Shown here piece after piece: positions 28,247 through 39,907 of a stretch of DNA of 64,000 bases (the stretch's first letter is position 1; the number at the start of each line of letters is the position of its first letter). The DNA comes from Anaeramoeba ignava BMAN (taxonomy: Eukaryota > Protista > Anaeramoebae). The position numbers and the translations under genes are program-made. The stretch lies in NCBI GenBank assembly GCA_028826165.1, contig JAPDFW010000063.1, positions 310,001 to 374,000 on the forward strand, written 5' to 3'. The notes beneath the pieces were generated by a model, which did not search any database, was not told the DNA's origin, and saw only the letters and a program-made list of their open reading frames with translations.

Positions 28247-28583
28247 GATTTTATTCATTTTTTTTTTGGTTTGATTTGAATTTAAAAGTGTTTTTTATTT
28301 TGACATTTTTTTTTTATTAAATTGAGTTGAAAAAAAATTTTTTTTCTTTTTTTATTTTTCAAATTAAGATCGAAAAGGAAAAATTTATTAAACAAATTTT
28401 TGACAACTGGAAACAGATTTCTTTTTATTTTTTTTTAATTTAAAAGATTTAGAGTTGTTTCCAAATGTAATCTTAATAGGAATGAATCAGCATTTATTTT
28501 TTATTTCAAACATTTTTCTTTTTTCTTTTCTTGTTTTTTGAAAGGAAAAAATAAAACTGAATTTAATTCCAATTACTTTAGTT

Positions 28584-29886
28584 ATGAATACTAACAAAAA
28601 AAAGAAAAGAAAAAGTAATCAATTCATGATTTCAATTCTAATTTTTTTTATTAATTTATTCATTTTTCTTTTATTTTTCTTCCCAAATTCCAGCTCAACA
28701 AAATCAATCCAAAAATACAATCACAAACAAAATCAATAAGAAAGAAACAAAAAAATCAAATCAAGATTTAATGAAAGTTAATTATTCAAATAGTAAAGAA
28801 AACAAAAATAACTCAAATTCTGATTTCAAAAAGGAATCAACAAATCAAAATAAACTTTTTAAAAAAAATACAGAAGAAGAATCAAATGAATCTTTTGAAA
28901 CAAGTGAATCTTTTGAATCAAATGATTTTAGTGATTCAATTTACTCATGTGAAACAAGTGAATCAAATGATTTTAGTGATTCTTCTGAAACAAATGAAAA
29001 TGAAAATGAAAATGAAAATGAAAATGAAAATGAAAATCAAAATCAAAATCAAAATCAAAATCAAATTCAAAATCAAAATCAAAATCAAAATCAAAATCAA
29101 AATCAAAATCAAAATCAAAATCAAAATCAAAATCAAAATCAAAATCAAATTCAAATTCAAAATCAAAATCAAATTCAAAATCAAAATCAAATTCAAATTC
29201 AAAATCAAAATCAAAATCAAAATCAAAATCAAAATCAAAATCAAAATCAAAATCAAAATCAAAATCAAAATCAAAATCAAAATGAAGTGAAAATAACTGC
29301 TTCTAATATCCTTGATTTAACTGCAAAATTAACTCGAAAAGAATTAAAATCTCTTTCTCCAGAACAAAAAAAGTTGAGAAGAATGATGAAAAATAGGCAA
29401 AGTGCTCAACAAAGTAGAGAAAGAATCAAAAAAAGATTGAAAGAATTAGAAATACAATCAGAATCAATGCACAAAGAAATTGAAAAACTTCAAAGTTATC
29501 TTCAAGTTTTAAAAAATGAAAATTTTCTTTTACAAGTAAAGATCAAACAAAAAGATCAAAAAAAAAAAACTTAAATTTTCTTTTTATTCATCTTTTTTTT
29601 CTTTCTTTTTTTAATTTAGAAAGAAAAAGATTTAATTTTCACACAAATTCAAGTTAGTCGAAAAATACTTGAATCAAAAGAAGAAAGATTACAATTTAAT
29701 CAAATTCTCCAAGATCCAAAAATTCCCTTAAATCAAAATGAACCAAAAGATAATCAACAACAAAATAATCAACAACAAGATAATCAACAACAAAATAATC
29801 AACAACAAAATCATCAACAACAAGATAATCAACAAAAAAATAATCAACAAAAAAATAATCAACAACAAAATCATCAAATCAACTAA
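28584..29886 (+). CDS. bZIP transcription factor with long poly-(NE/NQ) tract
   Basis: 'EQKKLRRMMKNRQSAQQSRERIKKRLKELE' basic region plus leucine heptads. Introns ~28615-28693 and ~29536-29619 give a continuous frame. Confidence 0.88.
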
Positions 29887-29889
29887 CTT

Positions 29890-30590
29890 CAATATTTAAT
29901 TTAATTCAATTCAATTCAATATTTAATTTAATTCAATTCAATTCAATATTTAATTTAATTCAACTAACTTCAATATTCAATTCAATTCAATTCAATTTAA
30001 TTCAATATTCAATATTCAATTCAATTCAATTCAATTTAATTCAATTTAATTCAATATTTAATTCAATTTAATATTCAATTCAATTCAATTCAATATTTAA
30101 TATTTAATTCAATATTTAATTCAATTCATTTTAATATTCAATTCAATATTTAATTCAATTCAATTCAATTTAATTCAATTCAATATTCAATTCAATATTC
30201 AATTCAATATTTAATTCAATATTTAATTTAATATTCAATATTTAATTTAATATTCAATTCAATTCAATTTAATATTTAATTTAATTCAATATTTAATTCA
30301 ATATTCAATTCAATTCATTTTAATATTCAATTCAATATCTAATTCAATATTCAATTCAATATTTAATTCAATTTAATATTCAATTCAATATTCAATTCAA
30401 TATTTAATTCAATATTCAATTCAATATTCAATATTCAATATTCAATATTCAATTCAATATTCAATTCAATTCAATTCAATATTTAATATTTAATTCAATT
30501 CAATATTTAATTCAATTCAATATTTAATTCAATTCAATATTTAATTCAATTCAATATTTAATTCAATATTCAATTCAATATCCAATTCTT
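29890..30590. repeat. TCAAT / CAATATT microsatellite (inverse of 20390-21888)
   Basis: Visible array. Confidence 0.88.
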
Positions 30591-30951
30591 AATTAAGAAA
30601 AATCAAAATTATTTCAAGAAATTGTTGTGAAATCCTTTCCTAAATTAAAATTTAAAAGAGATGTTGATTTGAAGTTAATTCATTTTTTATTTTTATTTTT
30701 GTTTTTGTTTTTATGTTTTTATTTTTGTTTTTGAAATGAATTAGTAAAAAAAAAAATAGTTTGTCATCCAGACAAAAAATTGCACAATTTTTTACACAAA
30801 ATTTCCTTTTTTTAAAAAAAAATTTTTTTTAAAGATTTTTTTAGAAAATGATTTTATTTTATTCTTCTTTCATTTCCTAATTTTGATTTTAAATTATCAA
30901 AAAATAAAAACATAAAAATAAAAATAAAAAATAAAAAATAAATTGAGGAAA

Positions 30952-31743
30952 ATGGTAGCAGAAGAAGTAAGTAGAGAATTTCAAATGGATTACATTTACT
31001 TTGATACTTTTGCAGCGATTTTATGGTTAATAACATTAATAATTTTACGAAAAAAACTGCCATTAATTTTTTCATTTATTGGAGTAACTTTTTACTATTT
31101 CATTGATTTTGTGATTTGGCATGAATGGCGAAAAACAAGACACACAACCGGACCAGTAAAGCCAGCATTGCTTATGCTGTGGGTATCCACATTGCCCGGA
31201 GTTGTTCATCCCTCTTGGGCGATCTTAATGCTTGAATACACCTTTCCAAAACGGAATTGTCCAATAAAATCACTTGAAGATCGAACAAGATATCGAATTT
31301 TGTGGACACTTTATTTCTTTGGAGTTCAAACAATTCCTGCGTTTATGCAAAACGGTTTTTCTTGGGATAACCGAACAGTCACAATTACTCGAACTATGAC
31401 AGGCAATAGATGGCTTATGCTTCTTTCTGTTGTTCTTGGTTATTCTTATCTTACTTGGCGAAAAATTCCTCCAAAAGTTCTTTTGAAACTTTTTTTTATT
31501 GGATTTGTAACTGAAGGAATGTTTGAATTTGCTCTTTATATTTCGGGTATTAGACCCACTCGTTTGGATGTTCTTTTGGTTGATTCTGCTGTGGAATTTA
31601 ATGTTGGTATGCCTTGGATTTTCTTGATGTGGAGATGGACTATTTCTCCTCAAATGAGACCTTTTTATGATCCTAAATATACTTTGCCTTGTTTTAATCC
31701 AAAACATATTGAAGAAGATGAACCTTGGCAAACAATTAATTGA
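30952..31743 (+). CDS. Multi-pass membrane protein, prokaryote-like hypothetical family
   Basis: Intronless, ~7 hydrophobic segments, higher GC than flanks. First ATG at 30952. Confidence 0.8.
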   Translation: MVAEEVSREFQMDYIYFDTFAAILWLITLIILRKKLPLIFSFIGVTFYYFIDFVIWHEWRKTRHTTGPVKPALLMLWVSTLPGVVHPSWAILMLEYTFPKRNCPIKSLEDRTRYRILWTLYFFGVQTIPAFMQNGFSWDNRTVTITRTMTGNRWLMLLSVVLGYSYLTWRKIPPKVLLKLFFIGFVTEGMFEFALYISGIRPTRLDVLLVDSAVEFNVGMPWIFLMWRWTISPQMRPFYDPKYTLPCFNPKHIEEDEPWQTIN

Positions 31744-31849
31744 AAAATCTTTCTTTTTCTTTTCTTTTTTCTTTTTCTTTTTCTTTTCTTTTAATTTGTT
31801 CCAGTAAAAGGAAAATTACTTTACTTTCCAAAATATTTCCAATTTATTT

Positions 31850-32900
31850 TATTTATTATTTTTGTTCCACTTTTTATTTATTTCAATTTATTTCAATTTA
31901 TTTAAATTATTATTTTTGTTCCACTTTTTTATTTATTTCAATTTATTTCAATTTATTTATTTCAATTTATTTCAATTTATTTCAATTTATTTCAATTTAT
32001 TTCATTTTTATTTCATTTTTTATTTATTTAAATTTATTTCAATTTATTTCAATTTATTTCATTCATTTCAATTTATTTTATTTTATTTCAATTTATTTAC
32101 AATTTATTTAAATTTATTTCAATTTATTTCAATATTTCAATTTATTTATTTCAATTTATTTCAATTTATTTCAATTTATTTCAATTTATTTCAATTTATT
32201 TATTTATTTCAATTTATTTCAATTTATTTCAATTTATTTCAATTTTATTTTATTTCATTTATTATTTAAATTATTATTTTTGTTCCACTTTTTTATTTAT
32301 TTAAATTTATTTCAATTTATTTCAATTTATTTTATTTCAATTTTTTATTATTTATTTCAATTTATTTCAATTTTATTTATTATTTAAATTATTATTTTTG
32401 TTCCACTTTTTATTTATTTCAATTTTATTTCAATTTATTTCAATTTTTTATTTCAATTTATTTAAATTTATTTCAATTTATTTCAATTTTATTTATTATT
32501 TAAATTATTATTTTTGTTCCACTTTTTATTTATTTCATTTATTTTAAATTTATTTCATTTATTATTTAAATTATTATTTTTGTTCCACTTTTTATTTATT
32601 TCAATTTATTTCAATTTATTTCAATTTATTTCAATTTTATTTCAATTTATTTCATTTTATTTATTTAAATTCATTTCAATTTATTTCAATTTTATTTCAA
32701 TTTCATTTCAATTTATTTCAATTTATTTCAATTTATTTATTTAAATTCATTTCATTTTATTTCAATTTATTTATTTCAATTTATTTATTTCAATTTTATT
32801 TACAATTTATTTCATTTTATTTCATTTTATTTCAATTTTATTTCAATTTTATTTAAATTTATTTTGATTATTTAAATTATTATTTTTGTTCCACTTTTTT
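31850..32900. repeat. 10-bp (TTCAATTTAT)n satellite punctuated by TTATTTTTGTTCCACTTTT
   Basis: Visible array with seven copies of the punctuating motif. Confidence 0.88.
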
Positions 32901-32989
32901 TACTTTCCAAAAATTTTTTTTTCTTTTTCAAAATTTTTTTTTTCTTTTTTTTCCTTTTTCATTTTTCTTCTTTTTCATTTCTAAATTTT

Positions 32990-34338
32990 ATGAATATAAA
33001 CGAAACTTGTTATTTTTGTTCCAAAAAAATAATTCCATCAGAAAGATTTGTTTTACATTCATTTATTTGTCATAAATCTTGTTTAAAGTAAGAAAAAAAA
33101 GAAAACATTTTAAATTTATATATTTTTTTTTATTAATTATTTTATTTTTTAAAGATGTGAAAAATGCACAAAAAAATTAAAACCTGATAATTGTTTTATT
33201 ATAAATAACCAATTTCTTTGTGAAGAACATGCAAAAGAAGAAGGTTTTTTTTTATTAAAAGAAAACAAAAAAAGTCCTCTTTTTTTTTAATTAAAATTTC
33301 TTTTAAAAAATTTAAAAAGAAAATAAATTAAATGAGATTAAAAGAGAAAAGAAAAAAAGTCATAAAAGTAAAAGTACAAGTAAAAAGAAAAAGAAAAAGA
33401 GTAAAAGAAGACACAAAAGAAATCAAAATGAAAATGATAATCAATTCAAAAATCAAAATGAAAATCAATTTGAAAATGAAAATGAAAATCAATTCAAAAA
33501 TCAATTTGATAATGATAATCAATTTGAAAATCAATTTGAAAATCTATTCCAAAATCAATTACAAAAAGAAATTGAAGAAATTAATCAAAAATTAATTCAA
33601 GCAAAAAATCAACAAAAACTTCTTCGAAAATCAATTAAATCTCTTAAATTAACCAAAAAAAAAAAAATAGAACAAATTAAATCTTTTTCAAATCAAAATT
33701 CACAAATTGATTTAACACAAATAGAAAATCATAATCAAAATCAAATTCAAAATCAAAATGAAGAAAAATCTAAAAGAAAATCTAAAAGAAAACCTAAAAG
33801 AAAATCAAAAAGAAAATCAAATTCAAATTCAAATTCAAATTCAAATTCAGATTCAGATTCAGATTCAAATTCAAATTCAAATTCAAATTCAAATTCAGAT
33901 TCAAATTCAAATTCAAATTCAAATTCAAATTCAAATTTAAATTCAAATTCAAATTCAAATTCAAATCAAGAAAATATTCAAAATAAAATTCATCAACTTG
34001 TAAAAAGTAAAACATCAAAAACAGCTCGAAAATTATCCAATTTTTTAAAAAAAGATCAAACAAAAGAAAATTTGATTGAATTTCTTCATTCAACTCCACA
34101 ACCTTCTTGGAAATATCGATTAATAGCTATTCATGCTGTATATCCAAATTGGTTTGAAGGTTATCCACAAAGTCTTTTTGAAGAAAAACCTGAAGAAATT
34201 AAAATAAGCACTCAAATTTTCACATTTTTTCATTTAGCATCAAAACCAATACTTAAAAAGCATCTTAAAAAGGACTATAAATTCATTGAAGAAACACAAA
34301 ATTGGCTTATTTTCAGATTAAATGATGAACAAAATTAA
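32990..34338 (+). CDS. LIM-domain protein with basic and N/Q/S-rich tail
   Basis: Exons 32990-33087, 33155-33243, 33320-34338 give CYFC-x17-HKSC-LK-CEKC-x17-CEEH (LIM). Not predicted as a unit in the ORF track. Confidence 0.85.
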
Positions 34339-34472
34339 AATTCAATATTATTAATTTTTCTATTGTTTCTTTTTTTTTTTTATAAATGATTTCTTTCCAA
34401 AAATTAAAAGAAAAATTTTCATCTAAAAAATAATCATCATCTTCTTATTCTTCTTTTGTTTTTGTCAAGTAT

Positions 34473-35914
34473 TCAAAAACAAGAATAATATTCATTATCA
34501 ATTAATCTATCAAAAAATGTTGGATCACGTTGAATTATTGGCATATCTACATATTGATTTGGATACCATTGAATATTTTTGAAAGTCATTATAAAAAATT
34601 CCCATAAATTTTTAATAACACCTTTACTAAACGGTTTGAAATCTGAAGGAAAATTTTGTAAATAAGTAATTTTACTGCGACTTTCCATTTCCCAAGTTGT
34701 TTGATTTGTAGAAGCCAAAAAAATATGAAGAAAAGATAAAGGAACAATCCAAATAATTATAAAAATATCAATCAATAAAAACACAATCAAAAGAAAATTT
34801 CTATAAAACCATTGATCAAAAGATGATTCACTTCGAAAGCCTGTAAATATTATATGAAACATTAAAATTGCATAAATTGATCCAAAAATAAGAAATAATA
34901 AAAAGAATAGATGATTTTTTTGACCAACACAAGTTCCTGATATAAAATTAAAGAAAACGAATTAAAATTTTAAAAATAATAAATAATAAATAATAAATAA
35001 ATAAATAAATAATAAATATAAAAAAATTTTACCGATCCAAAAACAATGATGATCTTTGATTTAAAAAGCAAAATTCCGATCCAAAAAAAATAATCAAAAA
35101 AAAAATAAATCAAAAAAAAAATTAATCAAAAAAATTAATTTTAATTTAAATTATAAAATAAAAACCTCCTCTTAGAGTGCAACGACCACATTCGTTGCAA
35201 TGTCTTGTGCGATATGGCTGCCAAACTTTGCAATAACGGCAATATCTTTGATGAACAGAATTTTCTTGAATATTTGAATTTTCTTCAATATTTGAATTTT
35301 CTTGAATATTTGAATTTTCTTCAATATTTACATTTTCTTCAATATTTACATTTTCTTGAATATTTGAATTCCTTTCAATAATATCACTATTTAAATTTTC
35401 AACTTCAATCACTATAAAAAAAAACCCAATTATAAAAATAACAAATGATTAAATTGATTTCAAATTAATTTTTAATAACTCGATAAATTTTATTCAAAAA
35501 AGAAAAAAATTGAAGGAAAAATTATTTGGATTTTCCTCAAATAAAATTATCAAATTATTAAAAATAAACCAGATATTAAAATAAATCATTTGTTATTATA
35601 ATAAAAAAATTTTGGAAAAAAAATGAATAATAAATACAAATAGTTTCATCATTACTTAAATTATTTTCTTGTTTTTTTTCTTCATCAAGATTATTTTTTA
35701 ATGGAAGAAAACCAGGACTTTTCCAAGAAAATACATAAAAAACAAGAGTTATTATTAGAATTATTATCATATTTTTAAGATGATTAAAATCATGTTCTAA
35801 AATTGATTCATTAAGATTTGTTGGATAAAAAGTGGCTAAAATAACAAGACTAAAAATAGAAAGAAAAAATGCGGATATTTTTAAACAAATTTGTTGATAA
35901 TGAATAAGTTTCAT
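34473..35914 (-). CDS. DHHC protein S-acyltransferase
   Basis: Spliced 'RYCRYCKVWQPYRTRHCNECGRCTLRG|DHHCFWI|GTCVGQKNH' and 'NQTTWE' (TTxE). DHHC lies on a ~21-nt micro-exon. Confidence 0.93.
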
Positions 35915-36016
35915 AAAAAGAAAAAAAAAATAAAAAAAAAATGAAAAAAAAAATTTAAAAAAATATTTTTCATTTTTTTCTTTTTTTTTTTAAATTTTTT
36001 TTTATTATTAAATAAA

Positions 36017-36196
36017 ATGGAAAATAATTCTGAAGAACAACAAAAATCTTCAATTTTTGATAAATTTAAAAGTTGGAAAGCAAACCTTCAAAATGAAGAA
36101 TACAGAAATCAAACTATAAAATTAGCTCGTAATGGTTTACTTTTTGCAGGTGCAATTTTTGCAATGAGAAAATATGGTCATTATTTGGAAGTTTAA
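36017..36196 (+). CDS. 59-aa tail-anchored microprotein resembling plant Tom5 / opisthokont Tom6
   Basis: MENNSEEQQKSSIFDKFKSWKANLQNEEYRNQTIKLARNGLLFAGAIFAMRKYGHYLEV*. Good AAAATG context and an upstream TCATTTT motif. Below the ORF-track cut-off. Confidence 0.75.
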   Translation: MENNSEEQQKSSIFDKFKSWKANLQNEEYRNQTIKLARNGLLFAGAIFAMRKYGHYLEV

Positions 36197-36350
36197 TTTT
36201 CAATTTTTTTCTTTTTTTCTTTCTTAATTTTTTCTTTCTTTTCAAAATTAAAATTTAAAATAAAATTTTCAAAATAAAATTTTCATTTTTTTTTCTCAAT
36301 TTTAATTTTAATTTATTTTAATTTTTTTAAATTTTTTTTAATTTTTTTAA

Positions 36351-39300
36351 ATGGAAAAGAAAATTCTTTCAAAACCTTTTAAAATTAAAGTTGAATCAGC
36401 AGGTGTTTTATGTGGAAATTATGCAAGAATTTATGTTAATTCAATTGATTATTCACAAAATACAAGAGGATTAAATTTTGTTGTTATTGATCCAAAAGAA
36501 AGTATTATTTGGGATTCAGTGTAATTCAAAATCAAAATTAAAATTAAAATTAAAATCAAAATCAAAATTAAAATCAAAATTAAAATCAAAATCAAAATCA
36601 AAATCAAAATCAAAATCAAAATCAAAATCAAAATCAAAATCAAAATCAAAATCAAAATCAAAATCAAAATCAAAATCAAAATCAAATTAAAAATCAAAAT
36701 CAAAATTAAAATCAAAATCAAAATGAAAATCAAAATCAAAATCAAAATCAAAATCAAAATCAAAATCAAATTCAAAATCAAAATTCAAAATCAAAAATCA
36801 AAATCAATATTAAAATTAAAATCAAAATCAAAATCAAAATCAAAATCAAAATCAAAATCAAAAATCAAAATCAAAATTAAAATCAAAATTAAAATCAAAA
36901 TCAAAATCAAAATTAAAATCAAAATTAAAATCAAATTCAAATTCAAAATGAAAATTAAAATCAAAATTAAAATCAAAATTAAAATTAAAATCAAAATCAA
37001 AATCAAAATCAAAATTAAAATTAAAATCAAATTAAAATCAAAATTAAAAATCAAAATTAAAATCAAAATCAAAATCAAAATCAAAATCAAAATTAAAATT
37101 AAAATCAAAATCAAAAATCAAAATCAAAATCAAAATTAAAATCAAAATTAAAATCAAAATCAAAATTAAAATCAAAATCAAAATCAAAATCAAAATTCAA
37201 AATTAAAATTTAAAATTAAAATCAAAATCAAAATCAAAATCAAAATTAAAATCAAAAATTTAAAATCAAAATCAAAATCAAAAATCAAAATCAAAATTCA
37301 AAATTCAAAATTAAAATCAAAATCAAAATTAAAATTAAAATTAAAATCAAATTCAAATTCAAAATTAATAGTTCATATGATACTTTTGATGGTGTTGGTG
37401 ATTATTTACATATGATTAAATTTATTGATTCAATTCCTGAAGGTTTTATTGTTTTAGCTGCTGTTAAAGATGAAGCATCAGCTAGAGTACATGAAGAAGG
37501 AATAAATGCATTAAGAAAAATTGGAGCAAAAGATTATAATCCAGGTTTTAGAGGTTCATGGGCAATTATTGGAATAAAAGGAGCAAAACCAGATTATATT
37601 TTACAAAAAACTGGGAATCAACAAACACCAGTTAAAGTAAATATTAAATATTTATAATAATTAATATTTAATATTAAATATTTAATAATAATATTTAATA
37701 TTAATAATTAATAATGAAAGATTGAAAATAAAATATCACTTCAAGAAGATTTCCAAAAATATTATCAAAATCAACAAAATTGTGATACTTCATTCTCATT
37801 ACTTAATGGTTCAACTATGGCTCATTCAAAAATTATTGAAATGAGAATTGGAAATGATTCTTTTATTAAATTAAAAGAAGCTTCACCTAATATTGAAAAA
37901 GAAAATTTTGATATTTTTATGAATTGGATTTATTCTGGTGAAATACAAAATCAAGATATTATTGAAGGAATTTGTGATAAAATTGGAATAAATGAAATTA
38001 ATGAAAAAATCAAAGAAAAAGTTTATTTTGAAGATTTTTCAAATTGGTATAAACAAGATAACTCAAAAGATTTTTCAATTTTTGTTGAAAATGAAAAAGT
38101 TTTAGTTCATAAAGATATGATATTTTCAAGATGTGAACTTTTTAGAGGAATGTTTCTTTCAGTTAATGATCAAACACCACAAGTTTCAGATTATAGTTCA
38201 AGATCAAAAGAATCTATTTCAGAATTTATGAAATTTTTATATACAAATGAAATTGATCAAAATCTTTCAAAAGAAATTTATGAAGAATTAACAGATGCAC
38301 ATGATTATTATGGATTATCTGAAAATTCAGGATTTCAATTTGAATTAGAAAGAATTCATCTTTTAAATTTACCTTCTAAACCAATTCAAAAACCTGAAAA
38401 AACTAAATTATTAAAACCTTTTAATATTCAAGTTGAATCAGCAGGTCTTTTATGTGGAAATTATGCAAGAATTTATGTTAATTCAATTGATTATTCACGA
38501 AATACAAGAGGATTAAATTTTGTTATTATTGATCCTGAAACAAAAGTTATTTGGGATTCAGTGTAAATTAAAATCAAATTCAAAATCAAAATCAAAATCA
38601 AAATTAAAATCAAAATCAAAATATAAATCAAAATCAAAATCAAAATCAAAATCAAAATCAAAATCAAAATCAAAATCAAAATCAAAATCAAAATCAAAAT
38701 CAAAATCAAAATCAAAATCAAAATTAAAATCAAAATTAAAATCAAAATCAAAATTAAAATCAAAATCAAAATTAAAATCAAAATCAAAATCAAAATCAAA
38801 ATCAAAATTAAAATTAAAATCAAAATTAAAAATCAAAATTAAAATCAAAATCAAAATTAAAATCAAAATTAAAATCAAAATTAAAATCAAAATCAAAATC
38901 AAAATTAAAAATTATAATTAAAATCAAAATCAATTTCAAAATCAAAATCAAAATTAAAATCAAAATTAAATTCAAAATCAATTTCAATTTCAAAATCAAA
39001 ATTAAAATGAAAATCAAAATCAAAATCAAAATTAAAATCAATTTCAAAATCAAAATCAAAATCAAAATCAAAATTAAAATGAATTTCAAAATTCAATTTC
39101 AAATAGAGCTTTTGATGTTCATGGCTCAGAACCTTCAATTAGGAATATGATTAAATTTATTGATTCAATTCCTGAAGGATTTATTGTTTTAGCTGCTGTT
39201 AAAGATGAAGCAACAAATAGGATGAATTATGAAGGAAGGAATTCATTAGCAAAAATTGGAGCAAAAGATTATAATCCAGGTTATCGAGGTTCATGGGCAA

Positions 39301-39389
39301 TTATTGGAAGAAAAGGAGCAAAATCAAGAAAAGTTTTACAAAAAAATGGAAATCAACATCCAGTTAAATTATCACAAAAATTTGATTAA
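36351..39389 (+). CDS. ILEI/PANDER-BTB-BTB-ILEI/PANDER protein, copy 1
   Basis: Exons 36351-36520, 37372-37636, 37721-38562, 39107-39389 in frame. ILEI 'VESAG..RGLNFVVID..YDT..VLAAVKDEA..LRKIGA..FRGSWAIIG'; BTB 'HKDMIFSRCELFRGMFLSV'. Confidence 0.88.
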
Positions 39390-39907
39390 AAATCAAAATC
39401 AAAATCAATTTCAAAATCAAAATTAAAATCAAAATTCAAATTTAAAATCAAAATCAAAATCAATTTCAATTTCAAAATTAAAATCAATTCAAAAATCAAA
39501 ATCAATTTCAATTTCAAAAATCAAATGAATTTTTGATTTTGAATAAATTTGGAAAAGAAAATTCAAAATTAAAATTCAATTCAATTCAATTTCAAAATCA
39601 AAATCAAAATCAAAATCAAAATTAAAATTAAAATCAAAATTAAAATTAAAATCAAAATTAAAATCAAATTCAAATTCAAAATCAAAATTAAAATCAATTT
39701 CAAAATTAAAATCAAAATCAAAATCAAAATCAATTTCAAAATTAAAATTAAAATCAAAATTAAAATCAAAATTAAAATCAAAATTCAAAATCAAAATTAA
39801 AATCAATTCAAAAATCAAATGAATTTTTGATTTTGAATAAAAAAAAATTAAAAAGCAAATTTTCATTTTTTTTCATTTTTTTTCTCAATTTATTTTAATT
39901 TTTTTAA

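Noticed and set aside
31850-32900. CRISPR-like pattern: constant TTATTTTTGTTCCACTTTT motif separated by variable stretches (similar punctuation at 3330-3840)
   Set aside because: The spacers are the same 10-mer microsatellite with very unequal lengths; no cas genes; eukaryotic context. Best explained as higher-order satellite duplication.
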